Positions 36,836-49,330 of a stretch of 64,000 nt of DNA are shown here, in pieces. Below the pieces are notes generated by a model that had not been told where the DNA came from, searched no databases, and worked only from the letters and a program-made list of their open reading frames with translations. Source of the stretch: Isurus oxyrinchus (taxonomy: Eukaryota); NCBI GenBank assembly GCA_026770705.1, contig JANJGN010000646.1:124001-188000 (forward strand). Direction: 5' to 3'. How positions within the stretch are numbered: the first letter of the stretch is position 1; the number at the start of each line of letters is the position of its first letter. The translations under genes and the position numbers were made by a program.

Positions 36836-37213
36836 TTGGATTGTCACAAGAATGGAAAGGTGACACTCCACGAGAGGTGACAGCGCAGGAAGGTTCGTGT
36901 GTACAGATTCCATGTCATTACAGTTATCCAGCACATCTAGTAGGGAGAGCATGTGTCGGAATCTGGTATATGAAATGGTACACATGGAATACATGGTCTA
37001 GAGAGACCATAGCCTTTCACTCCAAGGATCACAGTCACGAGTTACCACGGTTCCACCATCGGACCGGGCTGTCTGGAGACCTGAAAGATGGCGACTGTTC
37101 CCTGATCATAAACAACATCGGATGGGGAGATGCAGGATATTATCATTTCAGAATAGAATTTGACGGCAACAATAGTTACAGCTACTATCCTGAAACCCAG
37201 CTTCACGTTTCTG
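36836..37213 (+). CDS. Locus 3 V-set exon V-C (open; YHFRIE, long Trp/Tyr-rich C-C' region)
   Basis: 378 nt open with intact splice sites; Siglec motifs; downstream exons of this locus are disabled. Confidence 0.8.
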
Positions 37214-37479
37214 GTAAGTGCTGTGTTATAATTACTCAACAATTCACATCCAACACTCAATGGGAAATAATAGTGTTTGATTTGCTTGTTTTTTGGCCGT
37301 GTTAACCAGCGTCACTATTTTTAATGATTTGTCTATTTCTGCTCCCAGATCCATGAGCTTATTGTGTGTGATTGAATCCACATCATGGCTGTAACATAAA
37401 CCGAGCTGAGGGATGATGACACCTCCCCCCTGAGTGAAGTGTCTCCTCCCTACTACACCTTCCACCCCTCACACTGTCC

Positions 37480-38085
37480 GTGTAAACCCCCGTCCCATCT
37501 CCAGCATCTCCTTCCCCTCCAAAGTCCATGAACGTGTTTCCATCTCCCGAATCCGTTCCCATCTTTCCCAGAACTCCATGTTTGAATCCCTCCAATCAGG
37601 TTCCCACCCCAGCCACTGTGCTGAAACAGCTCTTATCAAGGTCACAAATGGCATCCTGTGTGACTGTGGCAAAGGTCAACTTTCCCTCCTCGTCCTTCTC
37701 GATCTGTCTGCAGCCTTTGACACGCTCGACCACACCATCCTCCTCCAACACCTGTCCACTGTCGTCCAGCTGGGTGGGACTGCTCTCCCCTGGCTCCATT
37801 CTTATCCATCTCATCGTAGCCAGAGAATCACTTGCAATGGCTTTGCAGCATCATCTGAACAGTGTTAGTTTTCACCTGTCCACTGAGGATCCCCAGCTCT
37901 ACCTCACCACCACCTCTCTCGACTCCTCCACTGCTGCTAAATTATCAGGCTGCTTATCCGACATCCAGTACTGGATGGGCAGAAATTCCCTCCAATTAAA
38001 TATTGGAAAGACTGAAGCCATTGCCTTCATTCCCCGATCCAAACTCTGTTCCCTCGCTACCAACTCCATTCCTCTCCCTGGCGGC
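37480..38085 (+). mobile_element. L2-type LINE RT fragment (duplicate)
   Basis: LLDLSAAFDTLDH motif; collinear with the 17817 copy. Confidence 0.85.
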
Positions 38086-40177
38086 TTCCCTATATCTGTA
38101 AATTCATCCTGCCCAACAAACCTACCAATCTCTGCAACCTCCTCCAGCCACTACAAATCTCCCTATTTCTGTAACTTCCTCCTGCCCCTAAAAGCTTCCC
38201 TATCTCTGTAGCCTGCTCCAGTCCTGACAACTTTCCCTGCCCCTGTAACCTGCCCCAGTCACTACAACCCTCCCGACCTCTGCAAACACCTCCAGACCCT
38301 ACACTCTCCCAATCTCTCTTAACTTTTCCAGCCCCTACAAACCTCCCTATCGCTATAACTCCTCCAATCACTACAAACCTCGCTATCTCTGTAACCTCCT
38401 CCAGCCCCTACAACCCTCCCTATCTCTGTAACCTCCTCCAGACCCACCAACCTTCAGAGGTCTCTGCGCTCCTCCAATTCCAGCCTCTTGACCATCCCCC
38501 GATCTCAACACTCTAACATTGGTGGCCATGCCTTCAGCTGCCTGGGGACCGAGCTCCGTAATACCCTCCCTTAAGCCCTCTCCATCCCTCACACTCACTC
38601 TCTCTCTCTCACTAACCATTTCATCCCTCTTTTAAGTTTCTCCATAACACCGACCTCTTCTGGTCAGCTGTCGCTAATATCTCCACATGTGTCTGGGTGA
38701 CATACTTTGTTTTATGACGCTCCTGTGTAGCACCTTGGGGTGATTTGTCATGTTAAAGTTGTTGTGTAAATATAAGTTGTTGCCCTTTGACCCGCGACGC
38801 CAGCTCGAGTCTTATTTTTGAGGGAATGTACAACCTCCTTAGATTTCTGACCAAAATGTAATTTGATTATTTTTATTGAGCGAATGCCAAGCCCCGATAC
38901 CGAGCGAGAGCCTCCTCATTTGCTGAGTTTAAGGTGATGAGTCAGCCCCTTAGTCCGTAGAGGGGATTCTCCTCGGTAATGTGCAGCCTTGTTTGTGTCT
39001 CTCCACAAGCGCATGAGGGGTTTGTACAGAGGCTGCAGCACTGGAGGAGGTCTGCACAGGGGTCCTGACCTGTCCTGAGCTGGATTTAGCAAGGACCACT
39101 CTGGCCTTGGCAGCTGAAAGCCAGCCATTGGACAGACGGGGCCTGTGACAAGGAGCCTGTTAGTCACTCCCCACCGTGTCTCCTGTGCTCGGATCCAGAC
39201 CATGTTGGCTGGTGGATCTGGCTCAGGAAGGGTCCTCCCCATGGGACCCCCAGATGGAAGGTGGGTCGAGCGGGTCATTCACTTGCATGTTTATTCTACT
39301 GCTTTAATATTTTAAGAAGGTAAGAATGTAGGAACATAAGAAATAGGGACAGGAGCAGGCCATTCGGCCCCTCGAGCCTGCTCTCACTGATCTGGTTGTG
39401 GCCTTAACTCCATTTTCCTGCCTGTCCCCCAAACCCTTGACTCCTTTGTCGATCAAAAACCTGCCTCACTCAGCCTTGAGTCCATTCAATGGCCCAGCCT
39501 CCACTGCTCTCTGGGGAAGAGAATTCCACAGGCTAGCGTCCCTCTGAGAGAGGAAATTCCTCCTCATCTCAGTCTTAAATGGGAGAGCACTCATTCCGAA
39601 ACTGTGCTCCCTGGTTCTAGATTCCCCCACGAGGGGGAAACATCCTCCCAGCATCCACCCTGTCAAGCCCCCTCGGAATCGGATATGTTTCAATAAGGTC
39701 ACCCCTCATTCTTCTAAACTCCAATGGATACAGGCCCAACCTGCTCAACATTTCCTCACAGGACAAACCCTTTAATCCCAGGAATCAGCCCAGTGAAGTT
39801 TCTCTGAACTGCCTGTACACAATGATCCTGTTACAATCTCACTAACGCCCTGTGCAGCTGTTGCAAGACTTCCCTCCTTTTATACTCCATCCATTTGCAA
39901 TAAAGGCCAACAATCCACTTGCCTTCCTCATTCTGTGGTGTTCCTGAATGCTGACTTTCTGTGATTCATGTACAAGGACACCCAGATCCCTCTGTACTGC
40001 ATTCTGCAGCCTGTCTCCATTTAAATAATATTCTGTTTTTCTATTCTTCCTGCCAAAATAATTTGTTGCCATTCTCCTCAGTATTGACCATCCCCCCAAT
40101 TCAGCCTCATCTGTAAATATCGGGTTCAGTGGATCCACAAACCATCCAGAGTTAAATATTGATATTTCTCTCCCCAG

Positions 40178-40546
40178 TTGGACTGTCACAAGAGTGGAAA
40201 GGTGACACTCCACGAGAGGTGACAGCACAGGAAGGTTCGTGTGTACAGATTCCATGTCATTTCAGTTATCCATCGTGTCTGGAAAACCAACCGCGAGGTG
40301 GAGTCTGGTTTAATAATGAGGAACATATTCCCTGGGCTCCCATTGACTTTCACTCCAAGGATCACAGTCACGAGTTACCACGGTTCTGCCATCGGACCCG
40401 GCTGTCTGGAGACCTGAAAGATGGCGACTGTTCCTTGATCATAGACAACATCAGATGAGAAGATGCGGGACCTTATTTTTTCAGAATAGAATTTGACAAT
40501 GGTCCAAGCCATAACTATTACCCTGTAACCCAGCTTCACGTTTCTG
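40178..40546 (+). pseudogene. Locus 3 V-set exon V-D with premature stop
   Basis: In-frame TGA at 40456-40458 (NIR*EDAGPYFFRIE); otherwise a full Siglec V exon. Confidence 0.88.
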
Positions 40547-41272
40547 GTAAGTGCTGTGTTATAATTACTCAACAATTCACATTCAACACTCAATGGGAAA
40601 TAACACAAACTGTGACGTTTACATATTAACACAAACACAGTTTATTATAACACACTGTCTGATTCTCAATAACCTGGTGATAGCTCCCAGTTCAGTCCTA
40701 AAGCAACCTCTAATACTCACTTTAATATCAATGATAAATGTATTGACTGTGTCCATCAATGTTATCAAGTTATCCACTCCCATCGATCTCTCTAATCCTG
40801 TCTCGAAGTCTGACATATCGACAAAAGAAAGATTCACATTTCTATGGAGCCTTTCACCACCTCAATATGTACCAAGTCACTTCACAGCCAATGAGCTGAT
40901 TCCTGAATTGTATTTACTGTTGTAATGTGAGAAACACAGCAGCCAATTTGCGCACAGCTAGCTCCCACAAATTGCAAAGTACTAAATGGCCCAGATCACT
41001 GAGTGAATGATGGGGTAGTGCACTCCAAACTCTGGTCTGCTCCTCCACCCTCACCCACTATTATCAGTTCAAGTGTCTCGGAGTGAACGTGTGTTAAACT
41101 GAGAGACAGAAACACCAAAGTCTCAAAGCAGGAAATTCTCTCCTGATCATTGTAATCTCTCAGTTCTGATATCATCCTTGTAAAAGAGCTTTTTCTTGTG
41201 GGACTGTCATTTCTATTTGAACTGATGCTTCACGTTATATTTCTCTAAAAGGATCCATTCTCTGTCTGTTAG

Positions 41273-41568
41273 AATTCACAGATAAACCCACGATATTCCC
41301 TGTGAAATTATTGCAGGAAAGCGTGTGGATGTAAGCTGCACCTTCAACACAACGTGCAATGGAACAGCAGCACCTGTCTTAACCTGGGACACTCCCACTG
41401 ACGTACGTGGATCAGTCTCAAACACTGTAACTCAGCATGGTGTCACTCTGACCTATACTTCTGTTCTGACCCTGATCCCATCACTCAAACACCACAGACA
41501 CACTCTCAGCTGCAGAGTGAGATATCCATCTGTTTCATCGGAGCGGACTCTCGTTCTAACTGTACAAG
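41273..41568 (+). pseudogene. Locus 3 C2 exon 1 with 1-bp deletion frameshift
   Basis: 296 nt versus 297; ccctgtgaaa versus ccctgctgaaa near 41302. Confidence 0.85.
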
Positions 41569-41854
41569 GTAAGTTGAGAAATCCTTCTACATCAGCACTC
41601 CCTCAGCGCTGACCCTCTGACAGTGCAGCCCGTTCTCAGTGTCCACATTCTCAGACCTCTCAATTAGCTTCACAGTCCATAGAAGTTAATTGATCTTTAT
41701 TTGATTGTTGCTGAATGAAGAGACAAGCTGTTTAAACTTTAAATCTCACACACATTATTTTCCATGGCAACACCTCCGAGACCACTTGCCAATCAATCAG
41801 CACTCTCTTCCCTTTAAATATAAATTGTTGTTCACTCTCTGTTGGTAAACATGC

Positions 41855-42032
41855 GATCTGTCTTGTTGAGTCCTGCCCTGATATCTGAATATCACAATGA
41901 ACAGAACAAGTTCCAACAATGAGCTGTGGTTGGTGATTCCTCACGTTAAATCCAGGGACACTGGAGACTATCAGTGTTTGGCAGAGAATGAACATGGAGC
42001 AGTGGAGGGATTCATAACCATCACTGTGGAAT
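41855..42032 (+). pseudogene. Locus 3 degenerate C2 exon 2 remnant
   Basis: Same 5' disruption as 23275-23455; no intact C2-2 or TM exon found downstream. Confidence 0.75.
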
Positions 42033-43419
42033 GTGAGTGCACACAGATTTCATCATCTGTCTCAGATTGAAACATGACACAAACACACACAAATATACAG
42101 ACCTAAATAGACACCTGCAGATACACAATCCCTTGTATATGAGCACACACAAAGACACCAACAAACACACTAGCACAATACTCCCCAGTGGGTTACCTGA
42201 CCTCCCTCAGTGCTGCACTGGAGAGTTGACCTGGATTCTGAGATTTCTGTTCCCTTTCATGTTTATGGAAGAATATGGAAATTGCAAAGTCTATTACAGA
42301 CACTCAGATGCATAGAGACACTCACAGATACTCTCTGTCTCTCCAACTCTCTATCCTCCTTTAAGAAGCTTCCTGAAACCTATCCCTTTGACCAGTCACC
42401 TGTCCCAACTCGTCCTTATGTGATTTTGTGTGAAATTTTGTTTGAGTATCTGAGAGTAAGAGAGAGGTGGAGAGGTTTAGGAAGGGAATTCCTGTTGGTG
42501 AAAAGCTTACATCATGTTCTCACTTTTCCAGTGCCCGTATTTCACCTGATGTCCAATGTCCTTGTTTATAATAGGGATTGCCTATGTAAACGTCACGCTG
42601 TAGTTACACTGTACCACCAGTGGTGGCAAGGTAGCACTTAACCCTTGCATCTCTCAGCTTTTCAAGCAAATCCACTTCCCAGTTTGCTACACAAAAAAAA
42701 AACAGCGAGAAATATTCTTGTTTTTGCATGAACTTCATGTGTGCATGAAACACAGGCATCAGAAGCAATTTTGTACAATGTTCTTTAGGCAGCGCAGCAC
42801 TCCCTCTGTTCAAACCCTCCAACAGTGCAGCACTCCCTCAGTTCAAACCCTCCGACATTGCAGCTCTACCTCAGTTCAAACCCTCCGACAGTGCAGCACT
42901 CCCTCAGTTCAGACCCTCCGACAGTGCAGCACTCCCTCAGTTCAAACCCTCCGACAGTGCAGCACTCCCTCAGTTCAGACGCTCTGACAGTGCAGCACTC
43001 CCTCAGTACTGATCCTCCGACAGTGCTGCACTACCTCACTAATTAGCGACTGGAAGGTTTATGTTCATTTATCTTTATTTTCCATTCCTATTGAGCTATG
43101 GAGCTCCTGATTTGTCACCTTTCTGTACCTCGTCCAATGCTTCTGTTATCAGGACTTCCACATCGATGTGAAAGAGCCATGATGATAGCAGACAGTCGCA
43201 CAATGGGAATGGCACTAGGCCAGTGATCCAGAGGCCCAGGTGAATGCTTTGGAGGTAAGGGTTCAAATCCCACCACGGCAGCTGGAGGAATTTAGATTCG
43301 ATTAATCAATAAATTTAATTGATTGATACATTTTTTTCTTATTCATTTCAGGGATGTTGGTGTCGCTGACTAGGCCAGTATTTGTTGCCCATCCCCAATT
43401 GCCTTTGAGAACATATGGA

Positions 43420-44360
43420 TATCTGAGTTAGGATCAGGAGTAGGTCACTCAGCCCCTCGAACCTGCTCCGCCATTCAGTAAGATCATGGCTGATCTGATT
43501 GTCACCTCAACCTCACATTCCTGTCTACCCCCAATGACCTTTCACCCCCTTGTTAATCAAGAATCTATCTAGCTCTGCCTTAAAAATATTCAAAGACCCT
43601 GTTTCCACTGCCTTTTGAGGCAGAGTGTTCCAAAGACTTACTACCCTCTGAGAGAAAACATTTCGCCTCATCTCTATCTTAAATGAGCGACCCCTTATTT
43701 TTAAACCATGACCCCCTAGTTCTAGATTCTCACACAAGAGGGAACATCCTCTCCATATCCACCCTGTCAAGACTCCCCTGGATCTTAAAGGTTTTAATTA
43801 AGTCGCCTCTTACTCTTCTAAACTCCAGTGGATACAAGCCTAACCTGTCCAACCTGACCTCATAAGACAACCCGCCCATTCCTGGTATTAGTCAAGTAAA
43901 CCTTCTCTGAACTGCTTCTAATGCATTTACATCTTTCTTTAAGTAAGGTGACCTTACTGTACAGAGTACTCCAGATGTGGTCTCACCAGTGCCCTGTACA
44001 ACTGAACATAACCTCCCTACTTTTCTATTCAATTCCCCACACAGTAAATTATAACATCCCATTAGCTTTCCTCATGACCTGCTGTATCTGCAAACCAGCC
44101 TTTTGTGATTCATGCACGAGGACACCCAGATCCCTCTGCATCTCAGAGCTCTACCATCTCTCACCTTTTAGATAATAATCTTCCTTCTTGTTCTTTCTGA
44201 CAAAATGAACAATTTCACATGCGCCCACATTATACACCATTTGTCAGATCTTTGCCCACTCACTTAACCTATCGATGTCACTTTCTAACCACCTTACATC
44301 CTCTTCACAATTTACTTTCCAACCTATCTTTGTGTCAGCAGCTCATTTAGCCGCCATTCC
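43420..44360 (-). mobile_element. CR1 LINE 3' fragment
   Basis: FKIEMRRNVFSQRVVSLWNTLP on -. Confidence 0.8.
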
Positions 44361-44839
44361 TGGGCAGTCCAGGTGCTTCTCCACCGAGGTTCAAATGAGC
44401 ACAGTTTATATATTTTTACTCTCAGTTACAAGGTAATGGTATTAGTTAGACAAAGGCCACAGCACAATGACCCTCCGGTGGGCTGATAATTGTGTGCTTG
44501 TACAGTAATTACAGGGCAGAAACTGGCTATTGTCCTTTTGAGACAGCAAAGAATCTATGTTTGTTCAATACAAAAGGTTTCCGGAGGCTGACTGGATGTG
44601 GTTCAAGGCCATCGGACGGTGTGAAATAACCTTCCCCATTTCTTGATTGAGTCACCCTGTGTCCTTGTGTGTGTGTCTCCCATTTCCTCATTGCAAATTT
44701 ACAGCTGAACCCTTTGTACAGGTTTTTAGCTTTCACGTAAGGATGTGATTGTCTGTGTACGCTTTGTCACCCTAGCTGCTAGTCCTGGCTGGCTCTTTAA
44801 AATAAATCCAAATTTTCTGCACCTTCAATGAGATTCTCT

Positions 44840-45910
44840 CTTGTTGAAGCTGGTCATTGCCTGGCACTTGTGTGGCATGAATGTTACTTGTCACCTGTCA
44901 GCCCAAGCCTGGATGTTGTCCAGGTCTTGCTGCATTTGGACATAACTTGCTTCAGTATCTGAGGAGCCGTGAATGGTGCTGAACATTGTGCAAACATCAG
45001 CAAACATCCCCACTTCTGACCTTATGATGGAAGGAAGGACATTGATGAAGCAGCTGAAGATAGTTGAGCCTAGGACACTACCCTGAGCAACTCCTGCAAT
45101 GATGTCCTGGAACTGAGATGATTGACCCCCAATAATCACAACCATTTTCCTTTGTGCTGGGTATGACTCCAAGCAGCAGAGAGTTTTCCCCCGATTCCCA
45201 TTGACTCCAGTTTTGCTCGGGCTCCTTGTTTTGCCACACTCAGTCAAATGCTGCCTTGATGTCAAGGGCAGTCACTCTCACCTCACCTCTGGAGTTCAGC
45301 TCATTTGTGCATGTTTGAACCAAGGCTGTAATGAGGCCAGGAGCTGAATGATCCTGGTGGAACACAAACTGAGCGTCAGTGAGCAGGTTCTTGGTAAGCA
45401 GGTGCTGCTTGCAAGCGCTGTTGATGACCCCTTCCATCACTTTAGTAATGATCAAGAATAGACTGCTGGGGAATTGGCTGGGTTGGATTTGTCCTGCTTT
45501 TTGTGTACAGGACGTAACCCATAGACAGGTAGTTGCCAGTGTTGCAGCTGTACTAGAAAATTCCAGAAAAGCTTGGCTAGGGGCGCAGCAAGTTCTGGAG
45601 CACAAGTCTTCAGTACTATTGCCGGAATAATGTCAGGGCCTGGAGCATTTGCAATATCCAGTGCCTTCAGCCCTTCCTTGATATCACATGGAATTAATCG
45701 AATTGGCTAAAGATTGGCATCTCTGATGCTGGGGACCTCCGGAGGAGGCCGAGATGGATCACCCACTCAGCACTTCTGGCTGAAGATTGTTGCGCATGCT
45801 TCAGTCTTGTCTTTTGCACTGGTGTGCTGGGCTCCTCCATCATTGAGGATGGGGATATTTGTGGAGACTCCTCCTCCAGTGAGTTGTTTAATTGTCCACG
45901 ACTGGATGTG
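44840..45910 (-). mobile_element. LINE RT fragment
   Basis: ALDIKAAFD, GVAQGSVLG and MFADVCT RT motifs on -. Confidence 0.85.
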
Positions 45911-47769
45911 ACATCTGGAATGCGAAGCTAGTCTCAGTAATGGTGACCATGAAACTAAGGCCAATTGTTGCAAAAACCCATCTGGGTCACTAATGCCCTT
46001 TGGGGAAGGAAACCTGCCGTCCTTACCCATTCTGGCCTACGTGTGACTCCTGACCCACAGCAATGTGGTTGACTCTTAACTGGCCCCTGAAATGGCCGAG
46101 CAAGCCACTGAGTTATATCAAAACCCGCCACAGACCAGTCAAACCAGGCGAACTGCAGCACTTCGAAAAGGCAGCTCAGCACCCCCTTCTCAAGGGGTCA
46201 GTCAGGAACAGGTAACAAACGCTGTCCACATCCCGTGAAAGAATTTTGGTAAAAAGGTAGCCGTGTATCACCACCCACGGCCAGCGCCAACCCCCCCACC
46301 CCTACCTGATTGCACCAGTTTCAGATTACACCAGGTCAATGAACGGATAGAAACTCAAACCAATGAGATGAGCACAGAGAAGGATCAAGCCAGAGAGAGT
46401 TGGTGGGAAGAATTGGGAAAGCAACAAAAAAGGCAGAGCGGACACTAACACTATAACAAAGTAAAGACCAGAGGAGGAAGGAAGCAAGTGTGAAGAGGAA
46501 TTGAGAGCAGAGCTGGTAGGCTGCTTGTTGAAGCCAAGGACCCTCCATAGGTCACACCCACAGTGCTGTTGGGGAGAGAGATACATGATTTTGACCCAGG
46601 ATCATCAAGTTTTGCACTGGCAGAGCCTTTAAAGAAAAGGGACCTTCACTACCCGTGTCCCCCGCCCAACAAAGCTGTTGACATGCCGAGTCCACCTGTA
46701 CAGGCAACCTCCAGACAGTTGACTACAAAGGCCATTGCAGCTGCTGAATATGACTTCCAGTTTCAAAACCTTCATGAATACAAGGATGGGGGATTCAGCA
46801 GGAATATTCCTGCACATCCTGTGGCAGATCCTGTAAATAAAAGGGACCTTCACTCACTCCTCAAAGCTGCTGACCTGCTGATTCACATCTACAGGCAACC
46901 TTCAAACAGTCGACTAGAGAAGACAATGCAGCTGCTGAATGTGACTCCTAGTTTCAAACCCTTCACTCTGGAAAGAAGGAATCCAGAGCAATGGGCCTCA
47001 CTATGAAACTTGACAGAAACTGATTTTAACTCTCATCTCTAAGTATTATTTTTCCTTTGCTTACATTTTAATCCTTGCACCTGATGGCTTTATCGCTTCA
47101 ACTTAAATAACTTTCAGCAGGAGCCAGGTTCAAATTGAATGGACAAGCAGGCTTGGGGGGCCAAAAGGCCTACTCCTGCTTCTGTTTATTTATGTTTGTG
47201 TTGTTATGTAGTGGAACTAGAGAGGTTATAGCAGTTATGAGAGCATTAAGCAAACAGCAGCAAGAATTGAACACCTACGTTGTGGTTTATGAAAAGCTTT
47301 TCTACCTGGTCAACTGGTAAAATCTGTTGAAAGTGGGCTATCATGGCGTGTGCCCTTTGTGTGATATTTGTAACAACGTTCTCGATGTCGGAACAGCTTG
47401 CATTGAACAAAGCTGATCTTTACCCAGAACTTCAGAGGAAGGGGGGACAATTGTTCCCTGGTGTGGGGGGCATGGTGGGGGGGGAGGGTGAGGGGGAGAC
47501 AAGTAGCCTGAAATACCAAGCCAGACACTTTGCGAAGACAGAAGTTGTTTATTCATTTTTATTTACAAATCATCATCTTTACAATTAAAGTCCCGACAAG
47601 ATAATGGTGAATCATGAACACATTGTCGGGGTGAATCTGTGCCCGGGAGCATAAAGCAGCAAAATCAGGAGCCCGCTTTACATCTCTCTGAATTTTAACT
47701 ATCATTAACCCCAGTAACATCCATTCAAATGACTTAGTCATAAGATTCCTCACACATTCACTTGCACAC

Positions 47770-48089
47770 TCACACACCAACACCCACACAGACACACTGA
47801 CACACTCACTCATTCACATTGACACACACTGACAGTCACACACATCCACACAGACACACTGACACACTCACTCATTCACATTGACACGCACTGACACAGT
47901 CACACACACCCACACAGACACACTGACACACTCACTCATTCACATTGACACACACTGACAGTCACACACACCCACACAGACACACTGACACACTCACTCA
48001 TTCACATTGACACACACTGACAGTCACACACACCCACACAGACACACTGACACACTCACTCATTCACATTGACACACACATATTGACAG

Positions 48090-48120
<31 letters not shown>
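47770..48120. repeat. CA-rich ~60-bp tandem repeat
   Basis: Direct inspection. Confidence 0.9.
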
Positions 48121-48649
48121 TAAAGACAGACACAAACACAGTCACGTGAGGTGAATAGTGTCGATGTATTTAAGGGGAAGCTGGATAAACACACGAGGGA
48201 GAAATGAATAGAAGGATATGGTGATGGGGTGAGATGGAGAAGGGGTGGGCGGAGACTCGTGTGGAGCAGAAACACCAGCATGGAGCAGATGGGCCGAATG
48301 GCTTCTTTCCCTGCTGTAAAACGCAGGTAAAGTTTCAGTTGGAATTAATGAACAGGGCCTGTGTTAAATAGATTGCTAAGCAGTAGATAAGGAGGGGAGA
48401 GGCTGTGGCATGGTGCAGGATGACCTTGCGTGAATGAGGCCAGGGTCTAAAATCTACAGCAGAGACCACAAGTCTCATTTGGTTCTCTCCAATTACAGCA
48501 GTTACAGCAGAATCTGCAGAGCTGCTGTCTGCCCATTCTCTTCTGGCGCTGCAGCAAGGAGCCCTGGAAAAGCAGGAGGACAATAGGTGAGAACATTCCG
48601 GAAAGAAAGAAGGCATCATTTCAATCAGGCGCGTCATTGGAAGGAGGAT

Positions 48650-49330
48650 GGCGCATTTCTATAGCGCCTTTCCCCTCCTCAGGATGGCCCAAAGTGTTCC
48701 ACAGCTGAAGGAAGGACTTTTTCTGAAGTGAGCTCACCGCTGTAATGTAGGAAACGCAGCAGGCAATTCACGCACAGCAAGATCCCACAAACAAAAATGT
48801 GATAATGGCCCCGATTTTCAGTTTTTTACCAATGTCAGTTGAGGGATAAATGTTTGCCCCAGGAAAGCGGACATAACTGCATCCCATCCACCCCCCACCA
48901 CCCCCTCCACACATACCCCCAACTCCTGACGCACTTCATTTAAATTGTGGCCATGGAATCCTCTACATCCATCTGAGAGGGCAGATGTTGACTCAGTTTA
49001 ACATCTCATCTGAAAGACAGCGCCTTCAACAGTGCAGCACCCCCTCAGTACTGACCGTCCGACTGTGCAGCACTCCCTCAGTACTGACCGTCTGACAATG
49101 CAGCACCCCCTCAGTACTGACCCTCCAACAGTGCAGCACTCCCTCAGTACTGGCCGTCTGACAATGCAGCACCCCCTCAGTACTGACCCTCCGACTGTGC
49201 AGTCCCCCGCCGGTACTGACCCTCTGACAGTGCAGCACTCCAAGACTGACCGTCTGACAATGCAGCACCCCCTCAGTACTGACCCTCCGACTGTCCTGCC
49301 CCCCCGCCGGTACTGACCCTCCGACAGCTC
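48650..49330 (-). mobile_element. Deu-domain-like SINE with internal 33-bp expansion (relatives at ~300-480, 50995-51600, 57870-58130)
   Basis: Recurrent cacagcaagatcccacaaa and catttctatagcgcctttc segments adjoining the 33-bp unit. Confidence 0.6.

Larger units (their letters stand above)
30900..43040 (+). repeat. Segmental duplicate of ~10325-24900 (promoter, leader, Gypsy remnant, V, L2, CR1, V, C2, broken C2)
   Basis: Collinear, high-identity exons, introns and shared TE insertions. Confidence 0.88.

Noticed and set aside
17163-40560. Multiple V exons as rearranging Ig/TCR/IgNAR segments
   Set aside because: Each V exon includes its G strand and ends in a splice donor; no RSS heptamer/nonamer at the ends and no D/J segments; the Cys pattern is Siglec-type
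1-43040. Assigning a gene symbol (MAG, CD22, SIGLEC1, SIGLEC15, CD33)
   Set aside because: Family is clear, but orthology cannot be determined without a phylogeny; domain counts do not match MAG, CD22 or SIGLEC1
48499-48586. Possible + strand exon (VTAESAELLSAHSLLALQQGALEKQEDN) with AG/GT ends
   Set aside because: No recognisable homology or partner exons
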